Source of the DNA: an uncultured Gammaproteobacteria bacterium | Lineage (GTDB): Bacteria; Pseudomonadota; Gammaproteobacteria; CAYNNN01 | Length of the DNA: 64,000 nucleotides | Reading direction: 5' to 3' | Assembly (NCBI GenBank): GCA_964398665.1 | Contig: CAYNNN010000002.1 | Coordinates: forward strand, 929 to 64,928 | In this document: positions 1-9,980 of the stretch, one piece after another | Numbering within the stretch: position 1 is the stretch's first letter | How the letters are laid out: the number at the start of each line of letters is the position of its first letter | Notes under the pieces: generated by a model | Database searches by the model: none | Told to the model about the DNA's origin: nothing | What the model saw: only the letters and a program-made list of their open reading frames with translations | Translations under genes and position numbers: made by a program

Positions 1-948
1 CACCCGGTTTCCAACTGGCTCTCGCGTGCAGATTTAGCCAATCTGCTGGCGTTGGCCGGCTGGGAAGTGGTGCGCTGTCAGACGGAACAGTTGTTCCCGT
101 TTCAGGTGCCGCTGCTGACCCCGCTGCTGAATCGCTTTCTGGTGCGTATGCCCGTGCTCTGGCATCTGGGCTCCACCATTTTCATCGTGGCCCGCCCGCG
201 CATGGCGCCTGTCCTGACGGGTGCCATCAGTTGCTCGGTGGTCGTGCCAGCCCGCAACGAAGCCGGTAATATCGCCGCTGCCCTGGCCCGGATTCCAGTG
301 CTGGGGCAGGGTACCGAAGTCATCTTTGTCGAAGGCCATAGCCGGGACGACACCTGGGCCACGATTCAGCGCGAAGTGGCGGCTTATCAAGGCCCCCACC
401 AAGTGCGCATGCTCCAGCAGCCCGGCAAGGGCAAATGGGATGCGGTACGGGCCGGATTTGCCCTGGCCCAGGGAGATGTGCTGGTCATTCAGGATGGTGA
501 TCTGACGGCACCCCCGGAGGATTTGCCCAAATTCTACCAGGCCGTTGCAGGCGGGCAGGCCGAATTTGCCAACGGCAGTCGGCTGATTTACCCCATGGGC
601 AGTCGGGCCATGCCCTTTTTGAACCTGCTGGCCAACTGGTTTTTTGCCCGGCTGCTATCCTATATTCTGGGCCAGCCGATCAAAGACAGCCTGTGCGGTA
701 CCAAGATGCTGCTGCGCAGTGACTATCAGCGCTTGCTGGACCGGATCAGACCGTTTGGGGATTTTGACCCCTTCGGAGATTTCAATTTGCTGTTTGGTGC
801 CGTGCTGCTGAATCTGCGTCTGGTGGATATTCCAGTGCGCTATCAGGATCGCAGTTACGGCAGCACCAACATCTCGCGCTGGCGTCATGGAGTGCTGCTG
901 CTGCGCATGATGGGGTTCGGACTGCGTTGGCTGCGTTTCCACCGTTAA
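1..948 (+). CDS. Glycosyltransferase family 2 (DPM1-like), 5'-partial. The reading frame is open back to position 1, so the gene begins upstream of the window.
   Basis: Frame-1 translation has no stop from nt 1. 'VVVPARNEAGNI...VLVIQDGDL' is a typical GT2 catalytic core with DxD. Confidence 0.7.
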   Translation, partial: HPVSNWLSRADLANLLALAGWEVVRCQTEQLFPFQVPLLTPLLNRFLVRMPVLWHLGSTIFIVARPRMAPVLTGAISCSVVVPARNEAGNIAAALARIPVLGQGTEVIFVEGHSRDDTWATIQREVAAYQGPHQVRMLQQPGKGKWDAVRAGFALAQGDVLVIQDGDLTAPPEDLPKFYQAVAGGQAEFANGSRLIYPMGSRAMPFLNLLANWFFARLLSYILGQPIKDSLCGTKMLLRSDYQRLLDRIRPFGDFDPFGDFNLLFGAVLLNLRLVDIPVRYQDRSYGSTNISRWRHGVLLLRMMGFGLRWLRFHR

Positions 949-958
949 TATCATCCAC

Positions 959-1732
959 ATGACAGGGTCAGACGTGAGTAAGTTTCCGGTTCTTGATCTG
1001 GCCAGCATCAAAGTCGCTTGCCAACAATGCAGTGTCGCCCGGCTGTGTCTGCCCGCCGGCCTGGATGCCGAGGAGATGCCCTTGCTGGATCAGGCCAGTC
1101 TGGTGCGGCGGACCTTGCGACGGGGCGAAGCGCTGTTTGCCGATGGGGATACCTTTGCTGCCGTGTATGCCGTACGTTCGGGCTGCATCAAGACCGTGCT
1201 CGTGGATGCCAGCGGCGCCGAACACATTGCCAACTTTCACCTGCCCGGCGAGCTGGTCGGACTGGAAGCGTTCAAGGAAGACCGCCACCTGTGCCACGCC
1301 ATCGCCGTGGACACCACCCACATCTGCGCCCTGCCGATCGCGCAGCTCCATGCGCTGGCCCAGCGCCTGCCCAGCCTGAATCAGCATCTGTTTCGGCTCC
1401 TGGGTCAAGAATTATCCCAGGATCAGGAAATGCTGCTGTGGCTGAGTGCCAAAAGCGCACCGGAACGGCTGGCCAGCTTTCTACTGGGCTTCTCGACCCG
1501 GATGCGGCGGCGGGGCTTGTCTGACCGTCAATTCATCCTGCCGATGTCGCGCCACGAACTGGCCAACCATCTGGGTCTGACTCCGGAAACCATCAGCCGC
1601 ACCTTTGGCCAATTACAGAAAGATCAGTTGATTCGACTGGTAGGCAAAGAAATTGAATTACTGGATTTGATTCAGTTGCGCCAGTTGCAGGGCAGCGAGT
1701 GCGCGCCCAAGCACCACTGCAAGAGCGCCTGA
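959..1732 (+). CDS. fnr: FNR/CRP-family oxygen-sensing transcription regulator
   Basis: N-terminal Cys cluster CQQCSVARLC (C-x2-C-x5-C) plus a further Cys, a cNMP-binding-like core and a C-terminal HTH (RHELANHLGLTPETISR). Collinear with E. coli FNR. Confidence 0.85.
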   Translation: MTGSDVSKFPVLDLASIKVACQQCSVARLCLPAGLDAEEMPLLDQASLVRRTLRRGEALFADGDTFAAVYAVRSGCIKTVLVDASGAEHIANFHLPGELVGLEAFKEDRHLCHAIAVDTTHICALPIAQLHALAQRLPSLNQHLFRLLGQELSQDQEMLLWLSAKSAPERLASFLLGFSTRMRRRGLSDRQFILPMSRHELANHLGLTPETISRTFGQLQKDQLIRLVGKEIELLDLIQLRQLQGSECAPKHHCKSA

Positions 1733-2086
1733 CACAGGGGCGTGCTATCGGGGGCCATACCGCCGCCTGATGATGGCGCGCCGCACAGCGCCCACCTTGC
1801 CAATGCCCCTGATTATAACCCGCTGCCTGCCCCAGGCTACACTGACTGCAACCCCTATACGCTCACACCGCACGCGCGCAGTAGAACGGGTCTCATGTTG
1901 CCCCAGTAGGCGGGCAGTGTAACCGACGGTGTGCGCGGCACTACGCCCAAACATGGTCAGGCTGGGCTTGATAGCGGCCAGCTGTGCTGTATTGTTACAG
2001 GCACCAACAAGCACCGAACGCTTGCCTTGCGTGCCCCGCTTCGGAAGGGTTTCATCCCGGCCATCGCTTCGGTATAGTGTGCGGCC

Positions 2087-3190
2087 ATGAACCTTTACCG
2101 CACCCCTCTATACACCGCCCACCAGGCAGCAGGCGCTCATCTGGTGCCCTTTGCCGGTTGGGAAATGCCGTTGCACTATGGCTCCCAACTGCGTGAACAT
2201 CAGGTCGTACGCACGGCTTGCGGCCTGTTTGATGTTTCGCACATGCTCGGCACGGACTTTACCGGCACCCGGGCTACGGCCTTTTTGCGCCAGTTGCTGG
2301 CCAACGATGTCGCCCGGCTGGCTCCCGGTCAGGCCCAATATGGCTGCCTGCTGGACGCGGATGGCCATATTCTGGATGACATCATTGTTTACAACCGGGG
2401 CGAACGCGGTTATCGCATCGTCAGCAACGCAGGCACCCGCACCCGCAATCTGGCCTGGTACGCCCAACAGGCTCAGGCGTGGGAGGTGCGGGTCCAGGCG
2501 CGGGATGACCTGGCCATGCTGGCCTTGCAGGGGCCGCAGGCCCGCACCTGTTTGGCGGGTCTGTTGCCACCTGAAGCCGGAGACGCGGTGCTGGCCCTGC
2601 CCCGCTTTGCGGCGCTGGAACTGGGCCAGTATTTCATTGCCCGCACCGGTTATACGGGCGAAGACGGCTTTGAGATCATTCTCCCGGCGGCTCAGGCGCC
2701 CGGCTTGTGGCAGTCCTTGCGGGAACGCGGCGCTCAACCCTGTGGTCTGGGTGCCCGGGATACCCTGCGCCTGGAAGCGGGTATGCTGTTGTACGGCACG
2801 GATATGGATTCCCGCACCACACCGCTGGATTGCGGGCTGGGCTGGACAGTGGCCTGGACGCCCGCAGAACGAGATTTCATGGGCCGAGCTGCCTTGGTCA
2901 CGCGCCGGGCGCAGGCACCCGTGCCGGTGTTGCGCGGCGTGATGCTGCGCGGCAAGGGCGTGTTGCGCAACGGCATGGTGATACAGCTGGATGATGGGCA
3001 ACAGGCTACGCTCAGCAGCGGTGGCTTTGCCCCGACCTTGCAGCGCGGGATCGGTCTGACCTGCGCCCTGCCCGAGGCGGCCACGACCGGGCAGGTCAGC
3101 GTGCGGGGCCAGTCCCTGCCGGTTGTCCTGTTGCCGCTGCCCCTGGTGCGTCAGGGCCGCAGCCGGGTGCCCCAGGAATTTTTATCTTGA
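2087..3190 (+). CDS. gcvT: Glycine cleavage system T protein (aminomethyltransferase)
   Basis: GWEMPLHYGS, FDVSHM and YTGEDGFEI motifs. Followed by gcvH and gcvP. Confidence 0.9.
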   Translation: MNLYRTPLYTAHQAAGAHLVPFAGWEMPLHYGSQLREHQVVRTACGLFDVSHMLGTDFTGTRATAFLRQLLANDVARLAPGQAQYGCLLDADGHILDDIIVYNRGERGYRIVSNAGTRTRNLAWYAQQAQAWEVRVQARDDLAMLALQGPQARTCLAGLLPPEAGDAVLALPRFAALELGQYFIARTGYTGEDGFEIILPAAQAPGLWQSLRERGAQPCGLGARDTLRLEAGMLLYGTDMDSRTTPLDCGLGWTVAWTPAERDFMGRAALVTRRAQAPVPVLRGVMLRGKGVLRNGMVIQLDDGQQATLSSGGFAPTLQRGIGLTCALPEAATTGQVSVRGQSLPVVLLPLPLVRQGRSRVPQEFLS

Positions 3191-3211
3191 TCCAAGAGGT
3201 TCAACAGTCAC

Positions 3212-3601
3212 ATGAGCGTAATACCCACTGACCGGCGTTATGTCGCCACCCATGAATGGCTGCGTGTCACGGGTGATATGGCCACCGTCGGCATCACGGC
3301 CCATGCTCAGGAACAACTGGGTGATGTGGTGTATGTCCAGTTGCCGGAAGTCGGACGCTCGGTAGCCGCCCAGGAGGCCTGCACCGTGGTCGAATCCGTC
3401 AAGGCGGCCGCCGACGTGTACAGCCCGCTGGCCGGGACAATCGTCGCGGTCAACACCGCGCTGCATGAAGCGCCGGAAACCTTGAATCAGGACCCTTATG
3501 AAGCCGGCTGGCTGTTTCAATTGGCCCTGGCACCCGGACAAACACCCGAAAGCCTTCTGGACGCAGCGGCTTATGCAGCCGTGGCAGACGCAGGCCACTG
3601 A
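3212..3601 (+). CDS. gcvH: Glycine cleavage system H protein (lipoyl carrier)
   Basis: [10 protein letters not shown]...VESVKAA contains the lipoyl-lysine motif (ESVK). 129 aa. Confidence 0.9.
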   Translation: MSVIPTDRRYVATHEWLRVTGDMATVGITAHAQEQLGDVVYVQLPEVGRSVAAQEACTVVESVKAAADVYSPLAGTIVAVNTALHEAPETLNQDPYEAGWLFQLALAPGQTPESLLDAAAYAAVADAGH

Positions 3602-4974
3602 TGCCGTTCATCCCCCATACTGAAACCGAGCTGGCCACCATGCTGGCGGCGGTCGGCGTGCCCAATCTGGCCGCGCTGTTTGCCGAAGTTCCGGCCAGCT
3701 TGCGGGCCGCACCACTGAACTTGCCACCGGGGCTGTCCGAGGCGGCAATTAGCCGCCTGATGCGGCAACGTGCCCAACAGGATGCCGGGGCATTGTGTTA
3801 TATCGGCGCCGGTGCCTATGACCATCACATCCCGGCAGCGGTCTGGGCCATTGTCAGCCGGGGTGAGTTTTACAGCGCCTACACCCCTTATCAGGCCGAG
3901 GCCAGTCAGGGTACCCTGCAGGTACTGTACGAATTTCAGTCCCTGCTGACCCAACTCACCGCCCTGGATGTGGCCAATGCTTCGCTGTACGACGGGGCTT
4001 CGGCATTGGCCGAGGCTGTGTTGATGGCGGCGCGTCTGAAAGCGCAGAGTCCTGCCCGCATCCTGCTGCCCCGGAATCTGCATCCGCGTTATCGTCAGGT
4101 GCTGCGTAGTCTGGTCAGCGCCCAAGGTATCGAACTGGTGGAGATTGACTATGACCGCGCCGGCGGCCATCTGGCCCCGGAAACGCTGGCCGAAGCCGCC
4201 GGTCCCTGGACGGCCTTGGTCATCAGCCAGCCGAATTTCTTCGGGGTGCTGGAAGAAGTGGACAGCCTGACCGACTGGGCGCATGCCCAAGGCGCCCTGG
4301 TCATCGGCGTGGTCAACCCGGTGGCGCTGGGTCTGCTCAAACCGCCAGGACACTGGGGCCAGCGCGGCGCCGACATCGCATGTGGCGAAGCCCAGCCGTT
4401 GGGGATACCACTGGGTTCCGGCGGCCCGTATCTGGGTTTTTTGAGCTGCCGGCGCGCCCATATCCGCCAGTTGCCGGGTCGGCTCGTGGGGGCTACCGTG
4501 GACGCCGAAGGTCGTCGGGCCTACACCCTGACCTTGCAGGCGCGGGAACAGCATATCCGCCGGGCCAAGGCCACTTCCAACATCTGTACCAATCAGGGCC
4601 TGCTGGCCATCGCCGTCACGCTACACCTGGCCCTGCTGGGGCCACAGGGCCTACAGGCCACGGCACAGGCCTGCCATGCCAGCTTGCGTGATCTGCGTGC
4701 CCGCCTGGCGACCGTCGCGGGCGTAACCCCAATTTTCAACCGCCCGGTTTTTCATGAAATGGCCCTGCGTCTGGACGCGGACGCTTATGATGTGCTGCGC
4801 AATCTGGCGGCGCAACAACTACAGGCGGGCTTCGCCCTGGGTCAGGATTACCCTGAACTGGGCAAGGGCAGCCTGCTGGTGTGCGCCACAGAGCAGCGGC
4901 TGGCCGAGGACCATGCGCGTTATGTCCAGTTGCTGACCCAAGCCCTGCGCCCGCCGATGGCGGTGCATCCGTAA
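3601..4974 (+). CDS. gcvPA: Glycine dehydrogenase (decarboxylating) subunit 1
   Basis: Start overlaps the gcvH stop (TGATG). N-terminal PFIPHTE.., typical of the two-subunit P protein. 457 aa. Confidence 0.9.
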   Translation: MPFIPHTETELATMLAAVGVPNLAALFAEVPASLRAAPLNLPPGLSEAAISRLMRQRAQQDAGALCYIGAGAYDHHIPAAVWAIVSRGEFYSAYTPYQAEASQGTLQVLYEFQSLLTQLTALDVANASLYDGASALAEAVLMAARLKAQSPARILLPRNLHPRYRQVLRSLVSAQGIELVEIDYDRAGGHLAPETLAEAAGPWTALVISQPNFFGVLEEVDSLTDWAHAQGALVIGVVNPVALGLLKPPGHWGQRGADIACGEAQPLGIPLGSGGPYLGFLSCRRAHIRQLPGRLVGATVDAEGRRAYTLTLQAREQHIRRAKATSNICTNQGLLAIAVTLHLALLGPQGLQATAQACHASLRDLRARLATVAGVTPIFNRPVFHEMALRLDADAYDVLRNLAAQQLQAGFALGQDYPELGKGSLLVCATEQRLAEDHARYVQLLTQALRPPMAVHP

Positions 4975-5002
4975 CTTACCCCTATTTTCAAGCGAGCGTG
5001 TT

Positions 5003-5503
5003 ATGGCCCGAATCACCCTGAAAGGCAATCCGATTCACACCAATGGCACTGTGCCTGCCGTCGGCAGCCTGGCCCCCGATTTCTGTCTGACCACCAAAGA
5101 CCTGGCGGATGTCGGACTGGCGGCATTTGCAGGCAAGAAGAAATTGATCAACATCGTCCCCAGCCTGGATACCGGGATTTGCGCGCTGTCCACCCGCGCC
5201 TTCAATGCCCAGGCAAGCCAGCATCCGGATACCGTGATGCTGGTGATTTCCGCCGACCTGCCTTTTGCGCAAGGCCGGTTCTGCGGGGCTGAAAACACCC
5301 ATGACGTGGTCACGCTGTCCATGCTGCGCAACAAGCAATTTGCCGAAACGTACGGCGTGCTGATTGTGGATGGGCCGCTGGCCGGGCTGACGGCCCGGGC
5401 CGTACTGGTCCTGGATGCCGAAAACCGGGTGCTTTATAACGAGCTGGTGCCTGAAATCGTTCAGGAACCTGATTACGCTGCTGCCTTGGCAGCCCTGAAG
5501 TAA
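5003..5503 (+). CDS. tpx: Thiol peroxidase (atypical 2-Cys peroxiredoxin)
   Basis: Collinear with Tpx, including SLDTGICA (peroxidatic Cys) and the resolving Cys. 166 aa. Confidence 0.85.
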   Translation: MARITLKGNPIHTNGTVPAVGSLAPDFCLTTKDLADVGLAAFAGKKKLINIVPSLDTGICALSTRAFNAQASQHPDTVMLVISADLPFAQGRFCGAENTHDVVTLSMLRNKQFAETYGVLIVDGPLAGLTARAVLVLDAENRVLYNELVPEIVQEPDYAAALAALK

Positions 5504-5512
5504 ACCTTGCGT

Positions 5513-5532
5513 GCGCCTGCCGTGGCAGGCGC
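5513..5532 (+). promoter_or_regulatory. Perfect 9-bp stem / 3-nt loop hairpin between tpx and gcvPB
   Basis: GCGCCTGCC-GTG-GGCAGGCGC, 10 nt after the tpx stop. No U-tract follows. Confidence 0.5.
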
Positions 5533-5545
5533 CGACACACTACCC

Positions 5546-7006
5546 ATGCCGACTGCACCGCTGATTTTTGAATTATCCAGCCTAGGCCGCACCGCAGCCC
5601 CGTATGCCGCTGTCCCGCTGGATACGGATATTCCAGCCCACCTGCTGCGCACCCGACCTCCGGCCCTGCCGGAAGTTTCGGAGTTGCAGGTGGTGCGGCA
5701 TTATACCCGGCTGTCCCAGCAGAATTTTTCCATAGATACCCATTTCTATCCGCTGGGTTCCTGCACCATGAAATATAACCCCAAGATTTGCCATGTCCTG
5801 GCCAGTCTGGAGGGATTTGCCGGACGCCATCCGCTGGCCGACGACGCCAGCGGCCAGGGTGTCCTGGCCTGTTTGCATGAACTCCAGCAAATCCTGGCCG
5901 AAGTCACTGGCATGGCGGCGGTTTCGCTGGCGCCGGCGGCAGGGGCACAGGGCGAATTCGCCGGGGTGGCCATGATCCGGGCCTATCATCAGGCCCGTGC
6001 TGACCATGCCCGGACGGAAATCCTGATTCCCGATGCCGCCCACGGCACCAACCCGGCCTCGGCAGTGATGTGCGGTTTCAAGGTCCGGGAAATTCCGACC
6101 ACTGCGGCTGGTGATGTGGATTTGGCCGCCTTACAGCACGCTCTGGGGCCGCAGACGGCGGGCCTGATGCTGACCAATCCCTCCACCCTGGGCGTATTTG
6201 AACGCAATATCGAAACCATCGCCCGACTGACGCATGCCGCCGGCGGCCTGCTGTATTACGACGGCGCCAACCTGAATGCCATTCTGGGCAAGGTGCGGCC
6301 CGGTGACATGGGTTTTGATGTGATGCATCTGAATCTGCACAAAACCTTCGCAACACCGCATGGCAGTGGCGGCCCCGGCGCAGGACCGGTCGGCGCCAGC
6401 GCCCGGCTGGCTGAATTCCTGCCCCAGCCAGTGGTGGTGCAGACCGCTGAAGGCTACCGCTGGCGCACCGATGACGCAGCCCCACACAGCATCGGCCGGA
6501 TGACGGCTTTTGGCGGCAATGTCGGCGTGCTGTTGCGCGCTTACATCTATGCCCGGCTGCTGGGCGGCCCCGGCTGCCAGCGGGTAGGAGAGTATGCGGC
6601 ACTGAATGCGGCCTACCTGCTGGCCCGGCTGCGTGCCCTGGGCCTGACCCCGGCGTACCCGGAGCGTCAGGCCAGCCATGAATTTGTGCTGACCTTGAAA
6701 GCCGAGGCCAAGGCTACGTCCCTGAGTGCCTTGACCCTGGCCAAGCGCCTGCTGGACTATGGCATGCACGCCCCGACCACCTATTTCCCGCTCCGGGTAC
6801 CCGAAGCCTTGCTGATTGAGCCGACTGAAACCGAGGATCTGGCTACCCTGGACGCTTTTGTGGCCGCAGTGGCGGCCATCGTGGCGGAGAGCCGGGAACA
6901 GCCCACGCGCCTGCAACAGGCCCCCCACACCTTGCCGGTGCGGCGCCTGGATGAGGTTCGCGCCGCCCGTGAGCTGAACGTAGCCTGGCAGCCGCCCTCT
7001 GCCTGA
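5546..7006 (+). CDS. gcvPB: Glycine dehydrogenase (decarboxylating) subunit 2. The ORF track starts at 5507; start trimmed to the ATG at 5546.
   Basis: PLP-lysine context ([15 protein letters not shown]). Collinear with GcvPB. The 5507 start would overlap the tpx terminal hairpin. Confidence 0.9.
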   Translation: MPTAPLIFELSSLGRTAAPYAAVPLDTDIPAHLLRTRPPALPEVSELQVVRHYTRLSQQNFSIDTHFYPLGSCTMKYNPKICHVLASLEGFAGRHPLADDASGQGVLACLHELQQILAEVTGMAAVSLAPAAGAQGEFAGVAMIRAYHQARADHARTEILIPDAAHGTNPASAVMCGFKVREIPTTAAGDVDLAALQHALGPQTAGLMLTNPSTLGVFERNIETIARLTHAAGGLLYYDGANLNAILGKVRPGDMGFDVMHLNLHKTFATPHGSGGPGAGPVGASARLAEFLPQPVVVQTAEGYRWRTDDAAPHSIGRMTAFGGNVGVLLRAYIYARLLGGPGCQRVGEYAALNAAYLLARLRALGLTPAYPERQASHEFVLTLKAEAKATSLSALTLAKRLLDYGMHAPTTYFPLRVPEALLIEPTETEDLATLDAFVAAVAAIVAESREQPTRLQQAPHTLPVRRLDEVRAARELNVAWQPPSA

Positions 7007-7012
7007 CGGGTC

Positions 7013-7375
7013 ATGGCCAAACCTCGGGGCTTGCGGCGCATGTGGTTGGCAGCCTGGTACTCGCTGGCCGGGTTGCGGGCGGCGTTTACCCACGAAGAAG
7101 CCTTTCGTACCGAAGTCAGCGCCGCCTTGCTGCTGGTACCACTCGGTTTGTGGCTAGGCCAGACCCCGGTAGAAAAATTGATGCTGGCGGCCAGCGTGTT
7201 TTTGATTCTGGTCGTGGAGTTGCTCAACAGCGCCATTGAGGCCGTGGTGGACAGGGTTGGTGCCGAACACCATGAACTCTCCGGACGCGCCAAGGATTTG
7301 GGTTCGGCTGCCGTGCTGCTCAGTGTGATTGGTGGCATTACCACCTGGATTATTCTTTTATTACCCGTGAGTTGA
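7013..7375 (+). CDS. dgkA: Diacylglycerol kinase (prokaryotic DgkA)
   Basis: 120-aa membrane protein. The AFTHEEAFRTEV... pattern matches DgkA. Confidence 0.8.
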   Translation: MAKPRGLRRMWLAAWYSLAGLRAAFTHEEAFRTEVSAALLLVPLGLWLGQTPVEKLMLAASVFLILVVELLNSAIEAVVDRVGAEHHELSGRAKDLGSAAVLLSVIGGITTWIILLLPVS

Positions 7376-7379
7376 ATTT

Positions 7380-8312
7380 ATGCCCGTCATCGTCTGTGGT
7401 TCGCTGGCTTATGACACCATCATGGTGTTTCATGACCGCTTCAAACACCATATCCTGCCTGAACAGGTCCATATCCTGAACGTCTCCTTTCAGGTGCCCG
7501 TGATGCGCCGGGAGTTTGGTGGCTGCGCCGGTAATATTGCCTATAACCTCAAACTCCTGGACGTGCCAGCCTGGCCCCTGGCAGCAGCGGGGAAAGATTT
7601 TGCCAGTTACGCCGCCTGGTTCGAGCGCTGCCGCATTGATGCCCGTTACGTGCGGGTGCTGGAAGACAGCTATACTGCACAGGCTTTTATCACCACTGAT
7701 CTGGATGCCAACCAGATTACGGCCTTTCATCCGGGCGCCATGAACCGGGCACATGAGCTGCCCATTCCCACCGACGCCGGCGTCAAATTGGCCCTGATAG
7801 CCCCTGATGGCCGCGAAGGCATGTTGCTTCATGCCACACAATGTGCCGCCGCCGGCATCCCTTTCATTTTTGATCCGGGTCAGGGCATGCCGCTGTTCAG
7901 CGGCCCGGAATTGCTGGAATTCATCGCCCAGGCCGATTGGGCTGTGCTGAACGACTACGAGTCCCGGATGCTTCAGGAACGTACCGGGGTCAGTCTGGAC
8001 TCGCTGGCAGGCCGGCTGCGCGCCCTGATCATCACCCAGGGCGGCAATGGTTCCCGGATTTATGCCAATGGCCAGCAATTTGAAATTCCCGCCGTGCCGG
8101 TAACCACCGTAGTCGATCCGACCGGCTGTGGCGACGCATACCGGGCCGGGATTGTCTACGGGATCCTGCATAATCTGGACTGGCCCACTACCGGACGCCT
8201 GGCCAGCCTGATGGGGGCCATCAAGGTGGAATGCGCGGGCACCCAGAATCATGTCCTGACCCTGGAAAATGCCCGAATACGTTTCAAGGCGGCCTTTGGC
8301 TATGAATTCTAA
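7380..8312 (+). CDS. PfkB-family carbohydrate/nucleoside kinase
   Basis: C-terminal DPTGCGDAYRAG (PfkB signature 2) and an N-terminal GG motif region. Confidence 0.7.
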   Translation: MPVIVCGSLAYDTIMVFHDRFKHHILPEQVHILNVSFQVPVMRREFGGCAGNIAYNLKLLDVPAWPLAAAGKDFASYAAWFERCRIDARYVRVLEDSYTAQAFITTDLDANQITAFHPGAMNRAHELPIPTDAGVKLALIAPDGREGMLLHATQCAAAGIPFIFDPGQGMPLFSGPELLEFIAQADWAVLNDYESRMLQERTGVSLDSLAGRLRALIITQGGNGSRIYANGQQFEIPAVPVTTVVDPTGCGDAYRAGIVYGILHNLDWPTTGRLASLMGAIKVECAGTQNHVLTLENARIRFKAAFGYEF

Positions 8313-8670
8313 ATCCTTGCTGGCGGTTGTCGAACTGGGCGGCTACCCCGATTTCAGCCGCCTGTATGCCGAGGCCGGCTTTGAACCCGTGACGGTGACA
8401 TCCGTACGCAAGGCCCTGAGCAAGCTCAAAACCCGGCAGTTTGCCGCTGTGGTGGCCGAGTTCAATTTTCAATCAGATTTCCGTGACCGCACCAGCAGCC
8501 TGGAAAGTCTGCTGGCTGTGTTGCAGCAGCATGGCCCGGATACTGTGGTCATCTTGCTGTATGAACCCGAACACCGGGTTGCGCTGGACCGCCTGCTGGC
8601 GCGCTTTCCAGTGGCGCATACCCTGAGCCTGCCGGTGGCGGCAGCCCAATTGCAGGCAGCCCTGCCCTAA
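8302..8670 (+). CDS. Hypothetical protein, possibly a degenerate CheY-like receiver fold
   Basis: ATG at 8302 overlaps the PfkB stop. Alternating hydrophobic beta/alpha pattern (LLAVVELGG ... FAAVVAEFNF ... VVILLYEP) with no phospho-accepting Asp. Inference only. Confidence 0.35.
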   Translation: MNSKSLLAVVELGGYPDFSRLYAEAGFEPVTVTSVRKALSKLKTRQFAAVVAEFNFQSDFRDRTSSLESLLAVLQQHGPDTVVILLYEPEHRVALDRLLARFPVAHTLSLPVAAAQLQAALP

Positions 8671-8674
8671 CATC

Positions 8675-9970
8675 ATGGAAAGTATCCATTCAAGCATTCT
8701 GCTGATACTGCTCGTGCTGTGCCTGATTCTTTCGGCATTCTTCTCAGGCTCGGAAACGGCGCTGATGACCATGAACCGCTATCGGCTCAAGCACCTGGCC
8801 GCGCAAGGCCATCGCGGGGCCCGCAAGGCCCAGCAATTGCTGAGCCGGCCCGATCGGCTGCTGGGCCTGATTTTACTGGGTAATAATCTGGTCAACAATT
8901 TTGCCTCGGCCCTGGCAACCTTGCTGGTCATCCAGTTTTATGGCGAGGGTAGCCTGGCGCTAGGCATTGCCCTGCTGACCGTGATCATGCTGATTACCAG
9001 TGAAGTGGCCCCCAAGACCCTGGGGGCACTGTATCCCGACCGCCTGGCCCTGCCTGCGGCCCATGTCTATGTTCCCTTGCAGCGGTTCCTGCACCCCGTG
9101 ATCTGGAGCCTCAACCTGATAGCCAATGGCTTGTTACGCCTGTTGGGCTTGCCCCCTCAACCCGGAACGCAACAGACCCTGAGCCGGGAGGAGTTGCGCA
9201 GCGTGATGCTGGAAGCTGGCTCGCTGATCGCCAAACCCCATCAGGAAATCTTGTTGCGCGTGCTGGATCTGGAGCAGGCAACCGTTGAAGATGTCATGGT
9301 CCCGCGTCTTGCCATCGAAGCCCTGGACCTCAATCAGCTACCCAAACACCTGAGCCAGCGTCTGGCACAACTGCCCTACAGCCGGATTCCGGTTTATGAA
9401 GACCAGCTGGAGCATATTCGGGGCATTCTACCTGTGCGCAAGGCACTCCAACATCTGAGTTCCCAGACAGAAATCACCCGAGAGTCAATCGAAGCGCAGC
9501 TGATCCCTGCGGTGTTTGCAGCACCTAATACCCTTATTTACAATCAATTGTTGCGATTCAGGGAGCAGAAACAGCGGATGGGACTGGTCGTGGACGAATA
9601 CGGTGCCTTGCTGGGTCTGATCACCCTGGGTGATATTCTGGAGGAAATGGTCGGAGAATTTACCGATGCGCAAACCGCCGAACAGCCACTGGAGAAGCAA
9701 GCTGATGGCAGTGTTGTGGTTTCTGCGCAGTGCAGCGTCCGGGAACTCAACCGGCGCCTGCGTCTGGAATTGCCCCTGGGGGGGCCGCGCACCCTCAATG
9801 GCCTGATTCTGGAGTATCTGGAAGACATCCCCACGAGTAAACTGGGCTTGCGCCTGGCAGGTTATGCCCTGGAAATCGTGGAGATCAGCCCTCAGGCGAT
9901 CGTACGGGTGCGCCTGCATGTGCAGCTCCCCCGGCTGCTGGATGAAGCAGCCGGCCAGCATCTGGCCTAG
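8675..9970 (+). CDS. CNNM/HlyC/CorC-family transporter (DUF21 membrane domain + CBS pair + CorC_HlyC)
   Basis: N-terminal TM segments with the SGSETAL motif, then CBS domains and a C-terminal transporter-associated domain. Confidence 0.8.
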   Translation: MESIHSSILLILLVLCLILSAFFSGSETALMTMNRYRLKHLAAQGHRGARKAQQLLSRPDRLLGLILLGNNLVNNFASALATLLVIQFYGEGSLALGIALLTVIMLITSEVAPKTLGALYPDRLALPAAHVYVPLQRFLHPVIWSLNLIANGLLRLLGLPPQPGTQQTLSREELRSVMLEAGSLIAKPHQEILLRVLDLEQATVEDVMVPRLAIEALDLNQLPKHLSQRLAQLPYSRIPVYEDQLEHIRGILPVRKALQHLSSQTEITRESIEAQLIPAVFAAPNTLIYNQLLRFREQKQRMGLVVDEYGALLGLITLGDILEEMVGEFTDAQTAEQPLEKQADGSVVVSAQCSVRELNRRLRLELPLGGPRTLNGLILEYLEDIPTSKLGLRLAGYALEIVEISPQAIVRVRLHVQLPRLLDEAAGQHLA

Positions 9971-9980
9971 GGGGGCAATC

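Noticed and set aside
960-1000. FNR-box-like TTGAT ... ATCAA
   Set aside because: The spacing is 9 rather than 4 nt, and it lies inside the fnr coding sequence.
1733-2086. Possible glycine riboswitch in the 355-bp fnr-gcvT spacer
   Set aside because: I could not find the conserved GGAGAG / CUCUGGAGAG / ACCGAAGGGGCAA cores by eye. Only weak CGCTTCGG repeats are present. gcvR is present, which suggests protein-based control. Left as a check rather than a call.
3571-4554. Long antisense ORFs. Examples are 3571-4554(-), 6131-7093(-), 7350-8252(-), 20503-21345(+), 21359-22558(+), 40144-40830(-), 42703-43818(-) and 46540-47676(-).
   Set aside because: Each lies opposite a confidently identified conserved gene (gcvPA, gcvPB, PfkB, hisC, pheA, pilJ, chpA). 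Their translations are Arg/Gly/Pro-rich with no recognisable domains.
9864-9980. N-terminal extension of the DUF3419 ORF
   Set aside because: It overlaps the CNNM gene in another frame. An ATG at 9981 lies directly after the upstream stop and begins the conserved region.
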